A DNA stretch of 64,000 bases, taken from the NCBI GenBank assembly GCA_051362555.1, contig CM120640.1, forward strand, positions 17,050,001 to 17,114,000, given 5' to 3'. The position numbers were made by a program, and so were the translations under genes. This document shows positions 13,101 through 23,993 of the stretch, piece by piece (the stretch's first letter is position 1; every line of letters begins with the position of its first letter). Origin of the DNA: Lingula anatina (lineage: Eukaryota; Animalia; Brachiopoda). The notes beneath the pieces were generated by a model, which was not told the DNA's origin, searched no databases, and saw only the letters and a program-made list of their open reading frames with translations.

Positions 13101-16100
13101 ACAACAATTTTTTTTATGCTTACCAATGGTTAACGAATCCATTTCTACATTCAGATTTTTTTCTCAAAAGTTTGGTTTTATGTTATAATCTCTTAAGAGA
13201 TTATAACAGAGTATACCCATCTATGGAGGTCACGTGGTCTGATGACAAGCTCAGATATCAGAATAATAGCTATAACTGCCGTTTTGTGTTAAAACAAAAT
13301 ATATTATATTTCCATGAGTTGTTTACAATATTTTATTGTGAAATATAGACCGCATACGAAGAGTTGTTATCCCTTTAATCATGATACACGTAGGATTACT
13401 ACATGTATGTTGTAACAGCAGGTAGAAAATAGGCCGATCCGGCGTCTGTGTCCCTCCTTTTCAGAACCAAAAGTCGGGTCTCAGGGCCCATTTCTACACA
13501 GAAGGAAAATAAAACCCACATTGAGGTCCTGTGACGCATTTAACCATATAGCTCATATAATGTAACGTATTGAAAAATTTATTAGTAGTATCATGTATTT
13601 CAAAACACTTTTTATAGCAAGGGAGGATGGGGAAGAACACAAAAAGGTTACCTACCCAGCACCCTCTGTTCATAATACCCTAGAGACCGTATTGATATGG
13701 AACAGTTTAAACAGACCATTTACGAGGTACATGTATATACTAATCAACAGTAAACTATGCATTTACACTGTAGCCTACATCTGTAGTCCCATCGCAGTTA
13801 CAGACATAGTTATCAACATGTGTATGATTTATGTTGATACCCGGTATGTTACTGGAAAGTTTTATGAAGGTTTGCGACTACTTATTAATAATTCTACGGC
13901 AATTAACGAAGACATTTTCGCAATATAGGGTGACATATTTTACAATCTGTTAAAATTTTAAATATAACAATTATCGTGATTGTAACCTGAACAGAAATAT
14001 TCTCATACATACAGTTGTTTGGCCTTATAACCGCCACAGAGCGAATAACGTAGAGACCTCCCAGATCCACTTGCCACCACGGGTTATTTTCTTGGTTGGT
14101 TCTTGCACACATGGAGTCAACAGTGACGTTGTTTCCGTCTACCGCTAATGATGATAGGTAGCTACGACCTCCATTTGCGTGGGTACTTGATTGTACTGTA
14201 GACTTATCAAGGGCTAGATTGGGTTTTTCTGAAGAAGCCCCATTCAACAAATACTTTCGCAGTTCTGATTAAAAAACCTTCTTGAATTAAAAAAATGCCA
14301 GTTGATCTAATAATTATGATAAAAGAAAAGACGAATGTTCAATGTAGGCCCACATCAAAAGTATACTGCATATTTGATTGGTATGTTAGGCCTAATTAGC
14401 TTTTACTTGTGCAGAACAAGTTCCATATAGCTTAATCTCAATAATTTATACTTTAAAATATCTTTTAGTTATTACTAATTCAAATATGATAAAACGCCAC
14501 TCTTGTTGGCTCCTTCCTACCGTCCACACATCCTATCCCCCAGGGGTTGTCCACACAGTGACCAGGGCAGTTTGGGGACAGCGTCTTCTGACACACTTGT
14601 CCTTCCTTACAGAAGCATCCAGATGTTGTGTCACATACCCAGCCGAAGTATCCATCAGTAATGTTACAACATTGACTCCGACGTACTAAAACAAATTATT
14701 TTAGCCTCTATCAACTACAGCAAGTTCAGACGATTAACATAATTGATTCTGATGCAGTATGTATATGTGTCTGCGTGTGTTAAGCTTGCCTCTATTGATA
14801 GTGACTAATCATACTGTGAATTAAACCACTAGAGAGCTTATAGTTAAATTGACTTTCATTCTTATCCTTAATTCGATAACACGAATTCGTATATATATGT
14901 CACATGCCAGATCCTAATCTAAGCTCTTAAAAAAGTTCATTAGTCTGACATATATACATATATTGTTGAAATTAATAGTTTCACCGTCAGACAATACAAT
15001 GCTTTTATACCGTCAAATATTCAAATGTTTTTGTCTCATGATGTAGTGTCACTGTTCACTAATACACCTATTCCACAATCATTGGACATCATGCACAACA
15101 GACTGAAAGAATATAGAACCCTCAAAAAAGAAAACCTATTGTAGCAAATCTATTTATGGAACATTTAGAACAAAAATCCCTGGATACAGCTACAGATGGC
15201 ATCAGGCCCACTTTGTGGAAACGTTATGTGGATGATACATTGGAGATAATTAAGAGAGGGAATGTGGAAAAGTGGACAGAACACCTGAACAGTATGAACG
15301 AGACAGGTAACATAAAATTCACCTATGAGATTGAAGATACCCTTTTTGGACACTTTGATGGAGAGGAACAAGAACGGTTCAGTTAAAATCAAAGTTTACA
15401 GAAAGAAAACTCACACCAATCAATATTTGGCTTTTAGTTCACACCACCCGTTACATCAAAAATTGGGGGTAGTCAGAACAGTAATGCATGAATAGATGTG
15501 AAAACATTGTGACAGATAACAGAGACTAGAAGGAAGAGAAGGACAAAATTAAAGACGCTCTGAAAGTATGCGGTTACCCCCAGTGGTAAGTGAACCAAGT
15601 GGAAAACCAAATGGAGAAGAAAAAGAAAGGGTAACACTAAAAAGAACAGGAAAGAAAAAAAACAGAGGCCTAGTAGTGATTCCATACAGGGGTTATGTCA
15701 GTGGGCTTAGTGAGAAAGTATCTGGGATACTTAAAAAAGGAAGATCAATACCGCTATAAGACCCAACTCTACAATAAAAACGATTTTAGTGCACCCGAAG
15801 GACAAATCAGAGCAAAAAGAAGGTGTATACACCATTGATTGTAAAAAGTGTGATCAGTGTTACGTAGGAGAGACCAAATGTTTCACTATCGACAAGAGTC
15901 AAAGAACACAGAACAGAAGTTGAGAAAATGGACAATATGATGGTTTACAACACATCATTGATTGGGACAGCGCCAGAATAATAGACAAAGAAAGTGAAGA
16001 TTTCGCAAGATGTGTCAGGGAGGCCATACATACATGTACAGACTTGACATTTAATATGGAATATTTCAGTTTTAAAGGTATACCTAGGTAAAAAAAAAAA

Positions 16101-19100
16101 GCGTTCTTTTTTCAAAAAACTCAGATCTCACATAAGATATCTGACTGGAGAAGTATGAAGTCAGGTGTTTCGCTACCAATTAACTGACTACCAAGTCTGT
16201 TGCACTGCTGCATTGTGTAATATGCAGTGATTTAATTGGCTAGTGCTCCTTTGGACTGATCAAAGCTTAGCTTTGGTGAAGCATGGTTCTGTCAAAAAAG
16301 TATCCATATGTCGGCAACTACTGTATCGAAGAATTTGAAATTTTGCATGTAAGCAGTCGGTTTTTCAGTGCGTAAAAGGAGTTAAGCAGTGTTTTATAAA
16401 ACTGTTAAGCTGTGCCAGAATGGCGCGAAAAAGACAGACATTGCCAGACAGATTATTGTGTCAAACGGAATGGTCTGCACAGTTTTAGAGAGTTATGCCA
16501 AGACTGATGCACCTACACAGAGACCACGCCCAATGTATCGACATCTTACCACCAGGGTACAAGACTCACTGTCCTTCAGGATATGTTGCTGCAATTAAAC
16601 CAAAGCCACCCAGTCCGTTTTGAATGAGGGACAAATTGTCACCAAAACGCGTTTTTCAATGCTCTTAGCGAACACCAAAATGGTTTCCGCAGGTTAGGAT
16701 ATCAGGCAACCTCTAAGGAAGATACTGTAAACAGCAAAACAGCGTAGTCTGTTTCTCTAACGAATTGGGGACCATGGCCGTTTCTGGGAAGAACACTGAA
16801 ACCGCGTGATTTTCTTTATTGAGGTTAGATTTCACCCGTACCGCTAAACTGGTCAAAACAGAGTTTACAGACATCCTGAAGAGACCTACGCCAAGGCGTG
16901 TGCCACTTCTTAAGTGACTAGGGTCAATGACAGGGTCGCAATTTGGAGTGGATACCACATTGGTGCCAAAACACTAATGGAAGTCGTCGATGAAAACCTG
17001 AACTAGATCAAATAAAAGAATATTCTGGGAACCAGTTGACCATCATTTGATAGCGGGGAACCTGAGAACAATTATAGGTTGCACGATTAGATTGCCGGTT
17101 AACAAAGAGCACTTTTAATAATAGCAGATAACTTCAGAACCAAGGGAATGAGCAGCTACCTTGGTCATCAAAATCGCCATATTTGAACCACATAGACAAT
17201 ATGTGGGTAGGTCATTACCCGCCGAATCAACGGCCTGCCTGTCCTACAACAAAACTGAGCTAAATTGGACAAGTTTTAACCGTTGCCTGGAATTTTATTC
17301 CAGATTAAACTCTAAAAACCTATCCTAAAGAACGCCTTGCCGCTTGAAAGCTCTGATAGCAGCAAGATGAGGTCCGGCGTAACACACCCAAACCCAATAT
17401 AGAGGTGCATTTCACATGCTGAAGTGTCAAAAAATAAAAATGAATGAATTCAAAATACGTGTATAAAACAAAAATCCACGACTGTCTCAACTGAAATCCA
17501 ATTTTTACCATGTCTTAAACATTACGCAAAGAGCCCTATATGGTAACGTAGCCTATGTTCCAAAAACGTACGGTAAAGTATGTTCTTGCCTTTAATTTTC
17601 ATTTTATGCCGCGTTCCGATATGTTTTTTAGTGGTTCAGTCATGGTAAATTAGACATGACGTAAGGACGTTTTTATAAATATTTAAACTGTATCTCAAGG
17701 GGCTTTGCGTCATGGCTTATACTAGGTAACGTATGTTCCCTAGAAAAATTGTCAAAATGTTTCATTTTGTTCAAGTACTTGTGTGCAAGAGATACAATGT
17801 TTTCTTTTGCTGACCGAACAATATATTGTGGTTCCATGATAGTTTGACATTTCTGATATAATCTTTGGATCATGAAGGGAAACATGTTTATTTAATGCTT
17901 ATTTTACTGTCGGTAGGGTGTATTTTCCCCATTTTTTAATATTCTGTGACAAGCAAACTTAAGTCGTTCAAAAACAATTAACTGGTCTATACACAAGATT
18001 ATTATAATTTTTAGCAACATTATAGGCCTACTTGTAGGAGATAAATCAATGAACAAAACCAGTGATGACTGAATTTTCAAAGTGAGTAGAACGTTTCACA
18101 GTTGGACGTTTTGTATTTGTGACAGTAACGTATGTTCCTTGTTGGGCTTAAACGATGAATTATTTTTAATTATTCATAGTTCCAGGAGAGTGAAACTTTT
18201 ATACAAGCTTCTTCATGTGGGACCCTAAAATAATCAAACACAGTTAGCAATCTGTGCAGCTCAGGTAAAAATCTGCCCGAGTGTTATTTTCAAAGAGCAG
18301 CTCCCGCAACCCTGGGGGCACTAGATAAAATCTGGACACTAGGTTTAAGAAGGAGCTAGAGAAACAAAGGAAGAATTTTTCCTGCAAAGCTTCAAAGAAT
18401 TTTGACACGGGCTTGACCCAGCTTACCCCTCCAAACTAACAGGGTGACATGGGCAATTTTTACAAACAAATAATTAAACTTAGATGTATCAGAGCAGTAA
18501 ATATTTTTAATAACATGCTTGTGACATCAATTGCACCTCTATATTGGGTTGGGGTGAACAGCGACCAATGCTGTGACTAGACACTGACATGCGGGCCCTT
18601 TGTGGGGCATGTAACTGTTTTAAAGACGATAATTTGGAAAATATGGAGATCCAAAATATCGCTTTCAATGGTTGCCGTATGACTTAAAATAGGCAATGTA
18701 TTTTTGTTTGCTTCACTGGCGAATTCAATTAATGAACTGATGTCACATTGATATCGAACAGATTATCAAAAGTTTTTAAAACATGATTTTAATTCTTATT
18801 TTCATTTATCTGTCAGCAAAATAGGAAAAAAACTGATGAATTATGATTTGGAGAAAATATTCCATATTTTAATATGTCAAGTATAAGAACTTTAAAGAAC
18901 TTCAATAGGAACGAGGGGCGCTACCAGCTGGCCCACTTCTACACAGTATGGTGAGCTCTTGGGCCCGGGGGGCGTGGGGGACATTCATAGTATAACTGGT
19001 CATTGAATACATCTCAGCGCTAGATCATCAGCGCATGACCAGTTTGTCCTGGGAAAGGCTCTTGAGTAGAGCTGAAAATTTCAAATTTCAAATATAAAAT

Positions 19101-19815
19101 GTCATAAAACATTTTCATATGTTTATATGTAAACAATCAATGACCCTGCATGATAAGATACGGGACACTTAGGTGTGCATCGACTTTTCATATTCAGTCT
19201 TCGAACAATCAAAACTGAAAAAAAACAACGAACAAAAACAGATATTGTATATTCAGATCTTTAGCCTAGTGTTATTTATGGATGGTTAGGGCCAGTAAGC
19301 GGAATACTGCAATTAATTTCGGCCAGTATCCCTTCCCCTCTATCAGTGTCACAGTTACTATCTATCTACATGATCCCTAGCATTGTCATTATGACAAGTA
19401 CGGTTGTGTGCTTAAGTATTCATGTCTTAACATTCCCCAGACACAGAACAACAAATTAAAAAAATAATAATGGTATTCTGAAACCCATTATATGAATGAT
19501 AAAGCTAATGCTCAGCTCAATACGGCGTTTAAACCATAGTAAACGAAACAACTGGCCTAAGTCCAGAATGAATGGAAGCGTGTATGGAAGCTCCACAACA
19601 CCACACAATCGTCACAACACCACACACGAAACTCAAAACACCGCACAGGAAACTTACGAATATTCAAAACTCTTGTAAAATTGCAATGCCAGTTTGATAT
19701 ACTGGTATATGTTCATACAGGGTATGTTGGCTTAACACTTCAGGATTGGAACTCATCGATATTAAAATAATTTACCTGAAAAAATGAGGGTCCATACAAC
19801 CAGGAAGTATGTCAT
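1..19815 (-). CDS. RPTP-like receptor gene B (5' part only): signal peptide, EGF-like, 2x F-type lectin, 2x EGF-like, 4x FN3, membrane-proximal region with RRRRR; continues beyond window start
   Basis: Phase-compatible GT/AG exons: 19776-19815 (MTYFLVVWTLIFS), 14521-14685, 14013-14228, 12791-12985, 12245-12460, 5315-5536, 4896-5039, 4491-4628, 3688-3990, 3407-3489, 2638-2869, 1548-1765, 1333-1402, 1037-1143, 691-862, 414-525, <1-203. F-type lectin motifs (NLA/NIA..QSS..A[VI]DGN..C..T....PWWxVDLG, LxLCEVxVxG) and FN3 W/Y motifs are present. Exon-by-exon homology to gene A. Confidence 0.9.
2081..2629. mobile_element. MITE with about 110-bp TIRs and an imperfect 5-bp TSD (hAT5-like)
   Basis: caggcctacccaactaccagactcggcacctaaggatcctgaattaaccgg... 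is mirrored at 2520-2629. Flanks are GTACT (2076-2080) and GTATT (2630-2634). Absent from the matching intron of gene A. Confidence 0.85.
6865..7032. mobile_element. 168-bp MITE with CAGGGGCGGAT termini and 5-bp TSD GTATT (hAT5-like)
   Basis: gtatt|caggggcggatccag ... taaatccgcccctg|gtatt. Confidence 0.8.
7332..9987 (-). pseudogene. Disrupted ORF2 (APE endonuclease, truncated RT, zinc knuckle) of Tx1/L1 copy 1
   Basis: Starts MIDIISVNCQG, with a frameshift near 9930. Motifs CLQDTH, GDFN, RLDFFL, SDH and WRPITLLN are present. After DFEKAF the sequence jumps to GGLNM, so the RT core including YADD is missing. A second deletion lies before ETIYHILWDC. Confidence 0.88.
10034..11167 (-). CDS. L1-type ORF1p (coiled coil + RRM + CTD)
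   Basis: Heptad-rich region followed by RSMRDNLIFTGIKE, FDRVHRIGR, RPIVAKF, VNEQFPKEI and DKLYID. Confidence 0.88.
   Translation of the reverse strand: MSYNAKKKRKIGKKRKKESKSGSEEESLSSCNKIAVMSNSQSSEDFTLAQLCSTPAAPNKVMNNNDTFRVTPANPQTRTISTQQAVHDSKIEDIAQTLEKMCQKLEKLDVIESKLDVFELRIHKVTTEVEDLRQHVNELEKSVKFACDKLDENDLNNDETKTVLKEIQINEVELQKENVQLRSDIVNMTEKLNELRDRHVLLQARSMRDNLIFTGIKEENNELPENLLQNFLKKEMRFDEDINFDRVHRIGRRINGRHRPIVAKFSSYRDREMVRKAAPRTLVGKPFGVNEQFPKEINEKRKLLMTHLRAAKRDGKKAVLVMDKLYIDDREFIPPDMHQSTARGTNTSQQDVIHATGQQRARSLSDRAERGRRGRPR
13051..13374. mobile_element. Kolobok-like MITE (TTAA TSD), copy 1
   Basis: ttaa|agagataataactgttcgt ... acgaagagttgttatccct|ttaa. Near-identical to 32921-33257. Empty TTAA site in the gene A intron at about 44687. 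Confidence 0.85.
16033..18883 (+). mobile_element. Degenerate Tc1-family transposon
   Basis: TIR acttgacat..taatatggaatattt at both ends, inserted at a TA. Transposase remnants at about 16395-17380: paired-like HTH (GAKKTDIARQI), VIFFIEVRF (about VxFSDESRF) and WSSKSPYLNHIDNMW (about WPxxSPDLNPIENLW). Confidence 0.75.
17385..18556. mobile_element. Non-autonomous CMC/Chapaev-like element (CAC...GTG termini, 4-bp TSD AACA)
   Basis: aaca|cacccaaacccaatatagaggtgca ... tgcacctctatattgggttggggtg|aaca (25-bp TIR, 1 mismatch). Confidence 0.75.
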
Positions 19816-19990
19816 CGTTCAGCGTCTACAACGCCCAGTAAAACACGTCCTGAGTTAACAGCTTGCCGTAAGGATATGAAGATAAGGTATGCGTATAGAG
19901 CCAAAGGTTTTATCTCAGTGGCAGTTATCTTGGAAGAGTAAACAGGGGGATCAATTTATTTGAAAGGTGACTTCAAGTCACAGTCATCTA
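19816..19990 (-). promoter_or_regulatory. 5'UTR/proximal promoter of gene B, alignable with gene A 50826-51000
   Basis: Shared blocks gtaaaacacgtcctg.gttaaca, gttatct (GATA-type), gtaaaca (Fox-type) and aggtgacttc occur in both paralogs. Confidence 0.45.
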
Positions 19991-22377
19991 ACGTATGGTA
20001 ATAGATACCACGGGTATAAATCAGGGTGTTGTGTTTACTGAAGAAAACACGTCAATCACTGTGGGGTATTTATCTTTCATCCATGAACGGGAATTCATTG
20101 CGAACGAAAAGTTAAGATGTCCTCAATATATTCCACTAAAAAAAACTTTGTTGTCCTTCTCGGGCACAATATCTGAACATGTTAAGAAGAGAAAAATTCG
20201 CGCAGAATTGTCTCTAAATTTAGTAAAAACGAATAAAAAAGGTACATTTTAATATTAGTATTAAAATACTTAAATAATTCACTAAAAGGGGATTTTGAAT
20301 GGCAAAGAAAAAATGAATTATTAGGATAAAAGAGTTTAAAACATGTTTCCGCCGTAATACCAACTGCATGAATAATCTTGTCGCCACTTTTGTTACTTCC
20401 CTGACCCGTGTTTGATTAGTTTTGATAAAAAGAGGCGGAAATAGAAGCAGACTGGTGGTTTCAATATTTATTCTTATCACATGTATGAAAAGAACATAAA
20501 ATGTTATATTAACGTATGAATATATGCTCGGTGAAAGAAGACGAATTAGCTAACAGATTTTATAAGCGAATTGAACTAATGGAAATAAATAAAACAAGAT
20601 AAGCTTCCATGTAACCGCCAAGCGTAATTCTTCTCATTTGTTCATTGCACATGGATATCCCCCACCACACAAATATCGCGATTAACGTTGTTAGCCTACA
20701 TGAGATAAGTTTTGTTCAGACAACTTGTTCTCGGCACGGTGACATAAAACAGTTTTATATCTAGGCTACGAGTAAACAGTCAATGGACCAGCATGATAAG
20801 ATACGGGACACTTAAGTGTTGCACTAACTTACATATACTAGTATAACCTATTGTGTAGGGGGAAGCGTTTCATCACACCCAAGGCCAGTCCCTCCTATAA
20901 CGTGTGAAAAGACAGGGGGAAACAGGTTGGCGATTTTTGTTTTTCATGGAAGGGCAAGGTAAAATATTTTGATGTAAACACATGCATGGATATGTCTAGT
21001 GCAACATGACGTACATGTACAACGAGAAGTTAATGGAGTCCATGAAATTACGCACAAGTAAAGGAAAATGATATGTCATTGTTGAAGTTTAGATATAACG
21101 CGAATAGTCTTAATACACGTTAAAAATATTAGCACATAAATATATGACGAAATCATGAGCCGAGTTAGATTATTAACCAAATAGGGCGTTGTTGAATAAT
21201 AATATACCCAATAAACTTTATTGTTCTCTTAATCTTTAATCAAGTGTGTTTGTCTATCAATAAAATCCTTATATAATGAAACTTGTTATGCATCTTTGTT
21301 TTAAAGCTGTTTTTCGAAACTTAAAACTGGACATGGCCTAGAATTTTGGTTTAGAATATTTTTATTATTATACATGTGTCGGATACTAACAGGACAAGGG
21401 AGACAAGGTGGAAAGATACAGGCATTCAGTCCGGTCGAATTTATTTTTTTCTCTGCAAAGCAATATATCTCCGTCGTTTCTGATCAAAGTATTAGTAACC
21501 ATATTTGGTTATGCACCTGTATGAGCATCTACATATTTCCCTAAGCATATACCTCTAAACGACGTCACATTCAATTTTAACGTATAACGAAACCTATAGG
21601 GGCCTACATATTTGAAAAGAATTTTGTTATGTGCATATTATGAACAGTACACAATTTTAATCATTAAGTGATTCAAATAGAAATGAGAAAAAGCATGCAA
21701 AAGCAAATAAAGCACAATTTTCGATGTGATTGGGAAATATGCCATTGCGCTAATTGTGTTAGGTGAACCTTCGTTGTGCAGGGGTTAATCTAAATCTTTA
21801 CGTTAGACATCGATCATTATTAAAGTAAATATACTGAGATAAATAATTGCTTCATGCTGGCTTTTGGCGAGCTTATAAATAAGTGAGGCCACTACAACTC
21901 AGTTATCAATACGCGTTAAACTTAATTCTATTCGTTAATGCACAGCCTGAAATAACCCCATACCACATAAATGACATTGCGTTGTTATGCATATTTATCA
22001 ACTATTAGCAGTTCTTTTGACTTAGCTCGTCTCTTGAATGAGTATGCCGGTGCGTGGGCGATTGATTTTCTAGTCTTATAAAGGAACGAAAGGACTTGTT
22101 TTAGCGTTAAACCGCACTTCAAAGTAGAACTCCAGGGGCACATGTTACAAGTACTGGTAAAAATCTATCTAGAGTATAGGCACTATTTATGAAAAAAGTA
22201 TCCACTCCAGTACAATTTATGTTTCAAAGCAGTGGCAAACAATGACACAAATCGCAGGTGCAATAGGTCATAACACTGGGAAAATTCGTCTCCAATACTG
22301 AATAACTGCATATATTTTAGCCGTTTGTACATAAAACCTTGCAAGGTTACTAGCACATGTACAAAGAGTGTGCAATG

Positions 22378-23941
22378 TTACATATGGAAGTTGGCGTAAG
22401 TGTCAAATCTCCTGGCGTACTCTTCTACTGCAGCATAACAGAACCTGTACTGTTCCTGGAAATAATGAATAACAGTGATAAACATTAACGTTGACTAACT
22501 TTACACAGCAGTACTAACTCCACCAATGCACAGTTCATTCATTCAACAGTTAGGGGTTGTTGGACCCCGGGGTAAGTTGCCCCCCCCCCCCCCCCCATCA
22601 ATTTATGACAAAGTAACTATTGGGTAAAATAATTGATCACATCATTTTGTAAAGTGAACGTATCCAATAGTGCTAAGAAAACGTCGGCAGTGAGTCCAAG
22701 TGAGATAATTAAGCATCTTAATGTAACTTTATTAAAGAGACTTGATGGGGGACCAACTTACCCCGGGGTCCAACTACCCCCGGTCTCCCCTACCACATAA
22801 TTGTAAAAATATGATGAGCGAAAGATATACGCATATGAAGATATTTCAACCGGATTCTATGGTTAAGTTATCAACATACCAAACTGTCTATGAACTGTGG
22901 TCTGTTAATTCGTACGGCTTTGACGGTGTGAAACACGTCCACCTGTTGTTCCACTTTCATCTTCTCTAATATTCTGGACACGGCACAGAAAACGCCGCTC
23001 TGGTGGGCTCCGTTCCTAAAATGAAATTTTTCATTACTTTGAAAAATTGAATAATTTCACAGTTAAATTGGAAATAGGGACTCAAAAACGTAAACAAATA
23101 CACTTTATGAGAATGCTGTTTAAAACAGGAATACTTTGACTCAATTAGATATTAGAATTCATGTGCAAAACAACGCAAACTTTATTAATATCGTTAAGCT
23201 GTTGAATGATCAAAGATTGGCTAAGTACTGTAAATAAAATTATTTTCGGATACAAACTACTGTATAAAAAGCAAGCAAAGAGACACAATGTTAAAGAAAA
23301 TAATAATAAACTATCGGCTAACGGATTAACAACATAATTAGAGCTTTGAATATGTGTAATTACATGTATACATAAACTGTGATACGCAGCCTAGATAAAA
23401 GTATGTAGGCCTACAAGTTTATGTTGAAAAAAAGGTGTATTCTTAAATATGCCTCACATGCAGTGCACAGTAATGGTTGTGTTCCCACTCTGCTGTTGCC
23501 AGTGTTGCACTTTATCTAATAGTTCTAACAGCGCTTCTGTTGAGGACGGCGTGGGATCTGATGTCTTCCACCCTTGGAGCTGGAACTGGCGTATCTTGCG
23601 CGACTCTTCTTTAGTCTGGAATTACACAATTGAACAAGGTGAAGCTAAGTGCATCTCTCTCTCTCTCTCTTTGTCTCATACTGTGACCAAAATAACTAAC
23701 TGAATTTAGGAATAATGAATGCAAATATTTTGTATCTAATTTAAATAAGTGGGTCTCATGAACTGTGACAATTGATAAAATATACCCGATTTCTCTTTTT
23801 CAGAGCCAAGTCTTTGATAGTGCCAGAGTTGCCTACATTATGCGTAGATAGCAATTCCACTGTGAAAGGCCCATAGGTCGTAGAACCACATTCAGGAACG
23901 TACATTACAGCCTATGATGATAAATTCTATTAGAGATAACA

Positions 23942-23993
<52 letters not shown>

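Larger units (their letters stand above)
15025..18945 (+). mobile_element. Degenerate Penelope-like element (RT + GIY-YIG), split by a Tc1 insertion
   Basis: Fragments HDVVSLFTNTP, VANLFMEHLE, WKRYVDDT, VYRKKTHTNQYL..SHHP, GVYTIDCKKCDQCYVGET, REAIH. The frame resumes after 18883 as IRTLKNFNRNEGRYQL. Confidence 0.85.
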
